From contig CAVZPU010000003.1 of NCBI GenBank assembly GCA_963777185.1, forward strand, positions 12,865 through 76,864: a stretch of DNA of 64,000 nucleotides, given 5' to 3'. A program made the position numbers and the translations under genes. This document shows, piece after piece, positions 51,375-61,050 of this stretch. Every line of letters begins with the position of its first letter. The stretch's first letter is position 1. Source of the DNA: an uncultured Solirubrobacterales bacterium (GTDB taxonomy: Bacteria; Actinomycetota; Thermoleophilia; Solirubrobacterales; Solirubrobacteraceae). Under the pieces are notes generated by a model. It had not been told where the DNA came from. It searched no databases and saw nothing but the letters and a program-made list of their open reading frames with translations.

Positions 51375-53815
51375 CTACCGCGCCGCGGCCAGCCCCGGGC
51401 GCAGCAGCCGCGACGGCGCCACGAGCCCCGCCTCCCGGACGTGGGGATTGACCGGCTCGCTCAAAGGCGCCGCCCCGTAGCTCGCCGCCACCCGCTCGGG
51501 CGGGGCATCGGCGTAGAGCGTGGTCCTCTGTCGGGGCCGGCCCCCGGAACTCCGGATGAGGGCCTCCATCTGCTCGGGCGCCATCTCCTGGCCGAACTCG
51601 GCCCCGGCGGCGCGGGAGATCGACTCGTTCATGAGCGTCCCGCCCAGGTCGTTGACTCCGGCCCCCAGGGCCGCCGCCACCCCGTCGGGGCCGAGCTTGG
51701 GCCACGAGGCCTGGATGTTGGTGATCCACGGGTGCAGCGCGAGCCGTCCGACGGCGTGGATGAGGAGCGCTTCGCCGAAGGTCGGGCCCGAGCGGGCTCG
51801 GCCGCGCAGGGCGATCGGCGCCTCCATGTGGACGAAGGGCAGGGGCACGAACTCGGTGAAGCCGCCACTGCGGCGCTGCTGCTCGCGGGCTCGGAGGAGG
51901 TGGCGGGCCCAGTGCACGGGGCGCTCGACGTGGCCGTACATCATGGTCACGTTCGAGCGCAGGCCGGCCCGGTGCGCCGCATCGTGCACGGCGAGCCACT
52001 GGTCGGTCGTGATCTTGTCGGGACAGATGACGCGCCGGACCTCGTCGTCGAGAATCTCCGCCGCCGTCCCGGGCAGGGAGGCCAACCCGTGAGAGCGCAG
52101 CCGCGCGAGATACTCGTCGAGCCCGAGCTCCAGGGTCGCGGCGCCCTGCCACACCTCGAGAGCCGAGAAGGCGTGAACATGAATGTCCGGTACGGCGTCC
52201 TTGATCGCCCGCACCACCGAGACGTAGTAGTCGCCGGTGAAGGCGGGGTGGATGCCGCCCTGCAGGCAGACCTCGCTCGCCCCCCGCTCCCACGCTTCGA
52301 CGACGCGCCGGACGATCTCCTCGTGGGGGACGAGGTAGGGACGGCCGCGGAGGTTGGCCGCCAGCTTGCCCTTGGAGAAGGCGCAGAACCCGCAGCGGAA
52401 GTAGCACACGTTGGTGTATTGGATGTTGCGGGTCACCACGTAGCTGACCTCATCGCCGCACACCTCGCGCCGGAGCTGATCGGCCGCCGCCAGCACCCGC
52501 GCCCGCTGCTCACCCCGGGTGCTCAGAAGCCGCACGATGTCTGACTCGTCGAGCTCCTCGCCGCTGTCGAGGGGAAGCGCCCCCGCATCGTCGCGCGCCC
52601 CGGTCGCGCCGCCGGTCGCACCCCCGGTCGCGCCGTCGGCCGCGCCGCCGCGCGCCCCGAAGCCGCCGCCCGCAGCTCGACCGGCACCGGCCGCGACTCC
52701 CCCGGCGCCCAGTCATGCTCGCGGGCCAGCCCGAGCGCGTCCGAAGCCCGGAACACGGCCGGCATGACCCGCGGGTCGATCCACTCCTCAGCGATCCACT
52801 CGGGGTAGACCGCGAGCCGGGGGGCCAGCTCGAAACCCCGGGAGCGCGTGGCCTCGTGCAGGCGCTCGAGCTCGGGCCACGGCGCCTCGGGGTTGACGTG
52901 ATCGATGGTGAGCGGCGAGACGCCGCCCCAGTCGTCGATGCCGGCGTCGAGCAGGCGGGCGAAGTCGCCGGTCAGGTTCGGCGGGGCCTGGATGTGGCGG
53001 TCGGGACCGAGCAGGACCCGGGCCGCCGCCAGCGTCCACAGATGCTCCTCCACCGTCGGCTCGGCGGCGTCGGCCATCTTCGTGCCCGGCTTGGCCCGGA
53101 AGTTCTGGACGATGACCTCCTGGATGTGGCCGTGGCGACGGTCGAGCTCCCGGATGTGCAGCAGCGCCGCGAGGCGCTCGGCGCGCGTTTCGCCGATACC
53201 GATGAGGATGCCGGTGGTGAAGGGGACGCGAGCCTGCCCGGCCCGATCCAGGGCCTCGAGGCGCACGGAAGGCACCTTGTCGGGGGAGCCGAAGTGCGGG
53301 CCGCCCCGCTCCGAGAGCCGCTCGGAGGCCGTCTCGAGCATCATCCCCATCGAAGCCGAGACGGGGCGCAGCGCGGCCAGCTCCTGCGCGCTCAGGACCC
53401 CGGGGTTGACGTGCGGCAGCAAGCCGGTCTCCTAGAGCACCGTCTCGGCCGCCCGGGCCAGGTACTCGACGGTCGTCTCACAGCCGAGCGCGGCCAGCTC
53501 CTCACGGGCCGCCCGGTAGCGGAGCTCGGGCTTGTCGCCCAGGGTGAACAGGGCCTCGCGACACCCCGCAGCCGCGCCGGCCCGAGCGAGCTCGAGCACC
53601 TCGTCAAGCGACATGTAGGCCCGCTCACCGCGCCGGGGCGGATGGGCAAAGGTGCAGTAGTGACAGACGTCTCGGCACAGCTTGGTCAGGGGGATGAACA
53701 GCTTGGGCGAGAAGGTGATCAGCCGCTCGCCGCGCAGCCGGCAAGCCTCGGCAAGCAGCTCGTCGAGCGGGGCATCGAGGACATCGCGGGCCTCGGCGGG
53801 GAGCGTCGTGGTCAT
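51375..53815 (-). CDS. fbiC: Bifunctional FO synthase (CofG+CofH) with an in-frame TAG at 53432-53434 and a frameshift near 52670
   Basis: Two radical SAM motifs, CRDVCHYC and CYFRCGFC; GIDDWGGVSP, PGTAAEIL, GGTLMNESI. Confidence 0.9.
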
Positions 53816-53866
53816 CCACCGTCACGATACGCCCCGGCGCGCGGACGGCCCGGTAGGGTGGCCGGC

Positions 53867-54856
53867 ATGCCCGAAACCAGCCGTGAGATCCGGCTCGCCG
53901 GCCGCCCGGAAGGCGCGCCCGGCCCCGAGCACTTCGAGCTCGCCGAGGTGGCGCGTCCCGAGCCGGGCCCGGGGGAGCTGCTCGTGCGCAACCTGTGGAT
54001 GTCGGTCGACCCCTATATGCGCGGGCGGATGCTCGACCGTCCCTCCTATGTACCGCCCTTTCAGATCGGGCAGCCGCTGCAAGGCGGCGCCATCGGCGAG
54101 GTGATCGCCGGCGAAGACCCCGGCCGGCTCGTCCTGCACAACCTCGGCTGGCGCGAGCACGCCGTCGTCCCGGTTGAGCAGGCCGTGCCGGTCGATCCCG
54201 ACCTGGCCCCGCCCCAGGCCTTCCTCGGGGTGCTCGGCATGCCAGGGCTGACCGCCTACGTCGGTCTCCTCGACATCGGCGAGCTCCAAGAGGGCGATGT
54301 CGTGTACGTCTCAGCGGCCGCGGGTGCCGTGGGCAGCCTGGCCGGCCAGCTCGCCAAGGCCCGCGGCCATCCCGTCATCGGCTCGGCCGGGTCGGCCGAG
54401 AAGGTGGCCTGGCTGACCGGCGAGCTCGGCTTCGACGCCGCCTTCAACTACCACGACGGCCCCGCCCGCCGCCTCCTCGCCGAAGCGGCTCCAGACGGCA
54501 TCGACCTGTACTTCGACAACGTGGGCGGCGAGCAGCTCGAGGCGGCGCTCGCGGCCATGCACGATCACGGTCGGGTGACCGTCTGCGGCGCCATCTCGGG
54601 TTACAACACCCCCGGCGCCCCGGGTCCCCGGGACTTCACCGTGGTCACCCGCAAGCGACTTACCTTGCGCGGCTTTATCGTCAGCGATCACTTCGCCCGG
54701 CGCGAGCAGTTCCTGCAAGAGGTCGGCCCCCTGGTCAGGGAGGGCAAGGTCCGCTACCGAGAGACCGTCGTCGAGGGCCTGGAGCGCGCGCCGGAGGCCT
54801 TCATGGGTCTGCTGCGGGGCGAGAACACGGGCAAGATGCTCGTCCGCCTTCAGTAG
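53867..54856 (+). CDS. NADP-dependent alkenal reductase (CurA/PTGR-like)
   Basis: SVDPYMRGRM, LGMPGLTAY, AAAGAVGS, FDNVGG, GENTGK. Confidence 0.93.
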   Translation: MPETSREIRLAGRPEGAPGPEHFELAEVARPEPGPGELLVRNLWMSVDPYMRGRMLDRPSYVPPFQIGQPLQGGAIGEVIAGEDPGRLVLHNLGWREHAVVPVEQAVPVDPDLAPPQAFLGVLGMPGLTAYVGLLDIGELQEGDVVYVSAAAGAVGSLAGQLAKARGHPVIGSAGSAEKVAWLTGELGFDAAFNYHDGPARRLLAEAAPDGIDLYFDNVGGEQLEAALAAMHDHGRVTVCGAISGYNTPGAPGPRDFTVVTRKRLTLRGFIVSDHFARREQFLQEVGPLVREGKVRYRETVVEGLERAPEAFMGLLRGENTGKMLVRLQ

Positions 54857-55326
54857 ACCCCGCCGAGCTTGTGGTGATCCCAGGTCACCGTGCGCGTCGG
54901 GGTGAAGCGCATGACGAGCCGCTTGGGCGCCTGCTTGGCGACCATGTCGGCCACCTCCTGCGGCGCCTCGTCCGGGCTCGGCTGGCCGGGCGCGTAGCGC
55001 AGGACGATCCGCAGGCCGGTGGCCCGGACGTTCTCGATGTCGCGGACCAGCTCCACGTCGCACTCCATCATCACGCCGCGCAGTTCCTCGTAGGAGACGC
55101 CGGCCTCGATCTGCAGGGTGGCCTGCGGGACGCGCTCGAGGTTCTTGGCCTTCTGGGAAGCGGCGTAGGTCCAGGCCAGCAACGCTTCGCCGTCGGGCAC
55201 GTACCAGAGAGGCATGAGGTGGGGGCGGCCGTTTGGGCCCACGGTGGCGCAGGTGACGACCTGCGGCTCGGCCACGAAGGCGCGGACCTCGTCGGGGCTC
55301 ATCGTGATCTGGTCGCGCCGACTCAC
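54850..55326 (-). CDS. PPOX-class, probably F420-dependent oxidoreductase
   Basis: RRDQITMS, GRPHLMPLWY, SQKAKNLER, TWDHHKL. Confidence 0.88.
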   Translation of the reverse strand: MSRRDQITMSPDEVRAFVAEPQVVTCATVGPNGRPHLMPLWYVPDGEALLAWTYAASQKAKNLERVPQATLQIEAGVSYEELRGVMMECDVELVRDIENVRATGLRIVLRYAPGQPSPDEAPQEVADMVAKQAPKRLVMRFTPTRTVTWDHHKLGGVY

Positions 55327-55329
55327 GGC

Positions 55330-57061
55330 CTAGTACCGGTCCTGCACGGTGACCGACCAGCGCGCTGTGTCGTTGCCAGGGGCGATGGCGATCTCGTAGG
55401 TGCCGGGACCCGAAGCGAAGGTGCGGGTCTTGTTCGCGCCGTCGCCGAGACCGAAGTCGGCGAGCCCGAGGCCGGTGCTGAGGTCGCGGACGTGGGCGGT
55501 GGGCCCGCTGCAGAAGACGATGAACGTGCACATGCCGACGTAGGACATGCTGTAGGCCACACGCCACTGCGCCCCGCGAATGCGGAAGGGCACGGAGTGT
55601 CCGGCGCCGGTGCCCGAGAAGGTGCTCACCGTCCGCCAGCCCGGGACCTCGGCCACCGAGAGGGCCACAGTCGATCCGGCCGCCACGGAGCGCCCTGCCG
55701 GAGGCGTCTGCGCGGTGACCGTGCCGGCCTCGATCCCCGGGGCCGGGACCTGCGTCGTGGCGGCGCGCAGGCCGAGCCGGCCAAGGGTGGTGGCGGCGTG
55801 CGCCGCGCTGGCGCCGGTGAGGGCGGGCAGTCGCACGGGGGGCGGTCCGGCGCTCAGGGTCACGGAGACCCCACTGCCGTCGCTCACCGTCTCACCCGAG
55901 CGCGGCGACTGCGCGATCGCCGTGCCGGTCGGGGCCTGGCTGTAGCGGCGGGTGAACCCGACCCCAAGCCCCGTCGATCTCAGCCGGGCCGCCGCCTGAA
56001 GACGGGTGAGGCCGGCGAGCGCCGGCACCCGGACCTGCGTGTCGCGGCCGATGAGCAGCGCCGCGGCGAGCATGGCGGCCACGAGCACGGCGACGAGGCC
56101 GACGAGGGCCAGCGGCACGGCGCCGGGCGGAGGGATTGAGGGTGCGACGCGGTCCGAAACGCGGAGCGACGCGGGTGCCATTGGGCCCCTGGGGAGGGGG
56201 TGAACCGTTTTGCGCGGGCTCCACCGCGCTGGCGGGAACATGCGCGGGCGCGGCGGCGTGGAGAGTCTCGGCCATGGCGGCCGCGCTCTCAAACCGGCGA
56301 GCGGGGTCCTTCTCCAGCGCCCGCCGGACGACGGCGGCGAGATCGTCGGGCACACCCACCGGCAGCGGCGGGGGCGGCTCTTGGAGGTGGCGGAGCGCCA
56401 GCTCCACCGGCGAGCCGCCCTCGAAGGGTGGGTGCCCGGCCAGCATCTCGTAGAGCACGACCCCCACGCTGTAGAGATCGGTGGCCACCGTGGGCGCGAG
56501 GCCGCGGGCCTGCTCGGGGGCCATGTACCTCGGCGTGCCGGCAATCGTGGGCGCCCCGTCGCTTGTCCCCTCGGCCAGGCGCGCGATCCCGAAGTCGCCG
56601 AGCTTCACCCGTCCGCGCCGGTCAAGCAGCACGTTGGCGGGCTTGATGTCGCGGTGGATGACCTCGCAGCGGTGGGTGTGGACGAGAGCCCGGCAGAGCT
56701 GAGCGGCGATATCGGCGGCCTGGCCGGGAGACAGGCGCCCCCGGCGCAGCCGCGCTGCCAAGCTCTCCCCCTCGACGAGCTCGGCCACGTAATAGAGGCC
56801 GTCCTGCGCCTGACCGACGTCGTAGATCTGAACGATGCCCGGGTCGCTTACCCGGGCCAGCAGCTGAGCCTCGCGCTCGAAGCGCTCGGCCCACTCGGGA
56901 TCCTCGCCCCACCAGGGCTTGATCACCTTGATGGCCACTGGGCGGCGCAGGCGCCGGTCCAGCCCGCGGTAGACCCGGCCGAAGGTCCCCTCCCCGATCA
57001 GCGAGTGCAACTCGTAGCGTCCCTCGAGGGCTGCGCCGGCGAGATCAGGGGCGTGGGGCAT
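55330..57061 (-). CDS. Ser/Thr protein kinase with TM and two PASTA domains (frameshift near 56110)
   Basis: GEGTFG, VAIK, HRDIKPAN, DFG, APE; VPALAGL...QSPRSG PASTA repeats. Confidence 0.88.
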
Positions 57062-57105
57062 CGTTCGGTGCGAAGCGTAGAGGCAACGTGGCACCATCGG
57101 AGCCG

Positions 57106-58020
57106 ATGCGATGGTTGGCGGCAACGGTGCTGCTCGCGGGTGTGCTGGCCGGCTGCGGCGGCGGATCCGGGCCGCCGACGCCCACCGGCGCCATCCCGAC
57201 GCGCCGCCCCCACACCGGCGTCTCGCGTCGCCAGGGCGCTCGCGCGGCCGGAGCCCGCGGCCGGGCCGCCCCGTCCGTCGGGCCCGCGGGCCCGTACGTC
57301 GACGTCCTGGCCTCGCTTCCCGAGGCCGGATCGCGCTGTGAGAAGGCTCCAGCCCCGGTGGCCGAGACCCCGATCACCCGGACCCAATGGCTGAGCGGGG
57401 TGACGATCACGGAGTACTACCCGGCCCCTGAGCGCTGGTTCGCCGGCCGCCACGTCGCCGCCCCGGGGCTGTCGGGCACCTACGCCGTCGACTGGCTGTA
57501 CTCGGCCCGCGGCCTGGCCATGGAGGGGGATGGTGTCGACGACGAGGGTCATCCGGTCCACATCGCCGCGCTCGGCTCGACCGGCTGGGTCAACCGGGAC
57601 GGCGGGCCCACTTTGCCGGTGTGCCTGGGCAAGTGGAGCGACGGCTTCCCCGTCTGGCTGCGCGGCGGCTGGCGCAACGCGCAGGGCCAGGTCACCTATC
57701 CGCTGGGCGGCGGCGGCTGGGCCAATGGGTCGGCCACCGGCACCCGTCCCTACGGCGGCGTGACCTTCGCCGCCGGGTCATCGCAGCCGCTGCGCTACTA
57801 CCACAGCGTGGCCGTGGATCCGGGCCTCATCCCGCGGGGCAGCCGGATCTACATCCCGGCCTACCGAGCCATCAACGGCGGCTGGTTCGTGGCCCAGGAC
57901 ACCGGCGGCGCCATACGCGGCCCGCACATCGACGTCTACCGCCCGCCCCCGGCCCGCCCTGACGACCTCGGCCGCTACCTCACCGGCCAGCGGGTGCTCG
58001 TCATCCCGCCGTCGGGCTGA
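57106..58020 (+). CDS. 3D-domain (MltA-like) lipoprotein
   Basis: Lipobox LAGC; ITEYYP, VAVDPGLIPRGS, AQDTGGAI, HIDVY. Confidence 0.88.
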   Translation: MRWLAATVLLAGVLAGCGGGSGPPTPTGAIPTRRPHTGVSRRQGARAAGARGRAAPSVGPAGPYVDVLASLPEAGSRCEKAPAPVAETPITRTQWLSGVTITEYYPAPERWFAGRHVAAPGLSGTYAVDWLYSARGLAMEGDGVDDEGHPVHIAALGSTGWVNRDGGPTLPVCLGKWSDGFPVWLRGGWRNAQGQVTYPLGGGGWANGSATGTRPYGGVTFAAGSSQPLRYYHSVAVDPGLIPRGSRIYIPAYRAINGGWFVAQDTGGAIRGPHIDVYRPPPARPDDLGRYLTGQRVLVIPPSG

Positions 58021-58069
58021 CCACGTCGGGCCCAGCGCATCAGCGGCCGCGGCGGCGACAATCTCTTCC

Positions 58070-59080
58070 ATGACAGAGCGCGTCGAGGTCACGGTGGGCG
58101 AGCGGGCGCTGACCATCAGCCATCCCGATCGCGTCTACTTCTCGGCCGGCGGCCAGACCAAGCTCGACCTGGTCAACTACTACCTGGCGGTTGGGGACGG
58201 CATCGTGCGCGCGTTGCGGGAGCGGCCGTGCATGCTGCACCGCTTCCCGTCGGGCACCGACGGCGAGAAGGTGCATCAGAAGCGCATCCCCTCCGGGGCC
58301 CCTGAGTGGGTGCAAACGGTCCGCGTGCACTTCCCGCGCTACGGACGCCACGCCGACGAGCTGTGCGTCACCGAGCTGGCGCAGGTGATCTGGGCAGTCC
58401 AGATGTCGACCGTCGAGTTCCATCCCTGGAACTCGCGACGGGCCGACGTGGAGAAGCCCGATGAGTGGCGCATCGACATCGATCCGATGCCGGAGGCCTC
58501 GCTGGACGCCGTCAAGCGGGTCACGCAGGTGGCCCGGGAGGTGCTCGACGAACTCGGTATCACGGGCTGGCCCAAGACCTCAGGCGGCAACGGCATGCAC
58601 GTCTACGTGCGGATCGAGCCGCGATGGAGCTTCTCCGAGGTACGCACGGCCGCGCTCGCTTTCGCGCGCGAGGTCGAGCGCCGCCTTCCCGACGCCGCCA
58701 CCACCACGTGGTGGCGCAAGGATCGCGACCCCGCCAAGGTCTTCGTGGACTACAACCAGAACGCCCGCGACCACACCATCGCCTCGGCCTACTCGGTGCG
58801 CGGCAATCCGCGCGGTACGGTGTCGGCGCCCATCGCCTGGGAGGAGCTGGCCGACGTGGAGCCGGCCGAGCTGACCATCGCCACGGTGCCCGAGCGCTTC
58901 GCCATCCGCGGTGACCTGCATGCGGGGATCGATGACGAAGCTTTCTCGCTCGAGACCCTGCTCGAGTGGGCCAAGCGCGACGGCCTCGACGTTGCACCGC
59001 CGCCGGGCGCGAGCAATCGCCCACGTTCGAATCGTGACGCACCGCACACCGCAGGGCGGGATTCCGGGGATCGTGGCTGA
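58070..59080 (+). CDS. LigD-type primase-polymerase domain protein
   Basis: TKLDLVNYY, RFPSG, IDIDP, KTSGGNGMHV, FVDYNQN, AYSVR. Confidence 0.92.
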   Translation: MTERVEVTVGERALTISHPDRVYFSAGGQTKLDLVNYYLAVGDGIVRALRERPCMLHRFPSGTDGEKVHQKRIPSGAPEWVQTVRVHFPRYGRHADELCVTELAQVIWAVQMSTVEFHPWNSRRADVEKPDEWRIDIDPMPEASLDAVKRVTQVAREVLDELGITGWPKTSGGNGMHVYVRIEPRWSFSEVRTAALAFAREVERRLPDAATTTWWRKDRDPAKVFVDYNQNARDHTIASAYSVRGNPRGTVSAPIAWEELADVEPAELTIATVPERFAIRGDLHAGIDDEAFSLETLLEWAKRDGLDVAPPPGASNRPRSNRDAPHTAGRDSGDRG

Positions 59081-59106
59081 TAGGGTGGCCGGCGCTTCGT
59101 AAGAAC

Positions 59107-59262
59107 CGCCTAATCCCTGACCATTGCTTACGTTGGGGAGCGGGGGACCCACCCGGGACGGCCTCGGCCGGCCCACCTGGGGCTAATCGCCGCCGGAGCG
59201 CGGCGTAGCGCACTTTCTCGCGCGAGCCCGTCAGCTAACCCCGTCGGCATGAGAAAGAAGGA
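59107..59262 (+). ncRNA. c-di-AMP (ydaO/yuaA) riboswitch
   Basis: cgcctaatcc...gggagcgggggaccca...tggggctaatc...gagcccgtcagctaaccccgtcggc matches the conserved ydaO blocks; upstream of an Rpf-like gene. Confidence 0.9.
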
Positions 59263-59268
59263 GGCTCC

Positions 59269-59946
59269 ATGCCTACGAAACGATCGCGGCACGTGCTGCC
59301 GTGCCCCGCCAGTACCCGTCGCTTCGGGATGGGTCTGGCCACAGTCGCGGCCAGCGCAGGTTTCCTGGCCGCCACCGCCGCCCCCGCCGCCGCGGCGCCA
59401 GTCGGACCGGGCGGGAACGTCCGCGCGTCCATCGCTCCGCCCGGTGGCGCCCCGCCCGCGCTCCTGCATCCGGGGTCGAGCGGCACCGCTGTCGCCCAGG
59501 TTCAGCGAGCGCTGCACATCGCCGCCCTGGGCCGCTATGACGCCGAGACCCAGCGCGCCGTCCGTCACTTCCAGGGCGGCCACGGGCTCGCCGTGGACGG
59601 CATCGTCGGCCAGCAAACCTGGGACGCCCTGTTTGGCATCAAGCCGCCCCCGGCGCCGGCCCCAACGGCGAGCTCGACGCGCTCGACCGCCTCGAGCCCC
59701 GGCTCGGCGGCCACCTCGAGCACGGGCGCATACAGCATCCCCTCGAACATCGTCCAGTGCGAGTCCGGTGGCAACTACTCGGCCGTGAACCCCTCCAGCG
59801 GTGCGGGTGGCGCCTACCAGATCATGCCCTCGACGTGGCAGGCCTACGGCGGTCAGGGACTTCCCCAGGACGCCTCCCCGGCCGAGCAGGGCCGGATCGC
59901 CAGCGAGATCTATGCCACCCAGGGCCGCTCGGCCTGGAGCTGCTGA
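59269..59946 (+). CDS. Resuscitation-promoting-factor-like transglycosylase with PG-binding domain
   Basis: Signal peptide; AVRHFQ...GLAVDGIVGQQTW; IVQCESGGNY, GAYQIMPSTW, ASPAEQ, WSC. Confidence 0.9.
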   Translation: MPTKRSRHVLPCPASTRRFGMGLATVAASAGFLAATAAPAAAAPVGPGGNVRASIAPPGGAPPALLHPGSSGTAVAQVQRALHIAALGRYDAETQRAVRHFQGGHGLAVDGIVGQQTWDALFGIKPPPAPAPTASSTRSTASSPGSAATSSTGAYSIPSNIVQCESGGNYSAVNPSSGAGGAYQIMPSTWQAYGGQGLPQDASPAEQGRIASEIYATQGRSAWSC

Positions 59947-60007
59947 CTCGCCTCTCCCCGCCCACCCAGCTCCCTCGCCGGGGGCCAGGGTGGGCGGCCC
60001 TTTCGGG

Positions 60008-60035
60008 TTGATATATTCCTATATCGGAATATGAT
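60008..60035 (+). promoter_or_regulatory. Sigma70-type promoter with an operator dyad in the spacer
   Basis: TTGATA-N16-TATGAT; atattcc-N6-ggaatat at 60013-60032. Confidence 0.65.
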
Positions 60036-60046
60036 TCATATCCAGT

Positions 60047-60403
60047 ATGGCCCCCACCCCCACCACCACTGACGCCTTCAACGCCATCGCCGAGCCGCGA
60101 CGCCGCGAGATCCTCGACGCGCTGGCCGGCGGCGAGCGGACGGTCGGTGAGCTGGTGGCGATCCTCGGCCTGCCTCAGCCCCAGGTGTCCAAGCACCTGG
60201 GTGTCCTTCGGCGGGTCGACGTCGTAGAGGTGCGGGAGGCCGGGCGCTACCGGGTCTACCGGGTCAACGCCCCGGCCCTGAAGCCCATCCACGACTGGGT
60301 CAGGCGCTACGAGCGGATGTGGTTGGAGCGATTCGATCAGCTCGAGACGGTGCTGGAAGAACTACAACGAGAGGAGCGCAGCGATGTCCGCAGCGACCCA
60401 TAG
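60047..60403 (+). CDS. ArsR/SmtB family regulator
   Basis: FNAIAEPRRREIL, QPQVSKHLGVLR. Confidence 0.93.
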   Translation: MAPTPTTTDAFNAIAEPRRREILDALAGGERTVGELVAILGLPQPQVSKHLGVLRRVDVVEVREAGRYRVYRVNAPALKPIHDWVRRYERMWLERFDQLETVLEELQREERSDVRSDP

Positions 60404-60878
60404 GAAGGCGCAGGTCACCCTCCCCACCGAGGATCAGATTCTCATCACGCGGTCCTTCGATGCTCCGAAGCACCTCGTGTTCCGGGCCTGGACGACGCCG
60501 GAGCTCGTCCGGCGGTGGTTTCACGCCAACCGCGGCGAGATGACGACGTGCGAGATCGATCTGCGCCCCGGCGGAGCCTGGCGCTACGTGCTGCGCGCAC
60601 CCGACGGCCAGGAGTTCGGCTGGCACGGTGAGTACCGCGAGGTCGTTGCGGGCCAACGACTCGTGTCCACCGAGATCTTCGAGCCCGTGCCCGACGTAGT
60701 GGCGCTCAACACCGTCACCTTCGAGGACGGCGAGGGGGGTTCCGAGACGACGAGGGCCACCATCCTCGTCCAACATCCCAACCAGATCAGCCGCGACGCC
60801 CACCTCAACGCGGGTATGGAGGACGGGCTTCAGGACGCCCTCGATCTGCTCGAGGCGCTGGCTCGCCGCGACGCCTGA
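60384..60878 (+). CDS. SRPBCC/AHSA1 family protein
   Basis: ITRSFDAP...VFRAWTTPELVRRW, DLRPGGAWRY. Confidence 0.92.
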   Translation: MSAATHRKAQVTLPTEDQILITRSFDAPKHLVFRAWTTPELVRRWFHANRGEMTTCEIDLRPGGAWRYVLRAPDGQEFGWHGEYREVVAGQRLVSTEIFEPVPDVVALNTVTFEDGEGGSETTRATILVQHPNQISRDAHLNAGMEDGLQDALDLLEALARRDA

Positions 60879-60899
60879 GGGCCCCGAAGCGACACGGAC

Positions 60900-61017
60900 C
60901 CGGGGACCAGAGCACACGCGCCCGGCGCCGAGCAGCGGTGTGTGGTCTGACCCCCGCTATCCGGGGACCAGAGCACACGCGGCGCCCGAGCAACGCTCGC
61001 GTGTGCGCTGATCCCCG
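60900..61017. repeat. Two tandem ~61-bp hairpin units (REP-like) between convergent genes
   Basis: ccggggaccagagcacacgcg...gtgtg..ctga.ccccg at 60900 and 60961. Confidence 0.8.
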
Positions 61018-61050
61018 TTTTCGGGCCGTCGGGCGGGGCTCCGCCTAGGC

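Noticed and set aside
53432-53434. Pyrrolysine or other recoding at the fbiC TAG
   Set aside because: The position is a normally Glu, non-catalytic residue one substitution from GAG; no pyl genes are in the window, and TAG is used as a normal stop elsewhere.
60900-61017. Possible mini CRISPR array (also considered for 11438-11507)
   Set aside because: Only two long hairpin units, or spacerless tandem units; no unique spacers and no cas genes.
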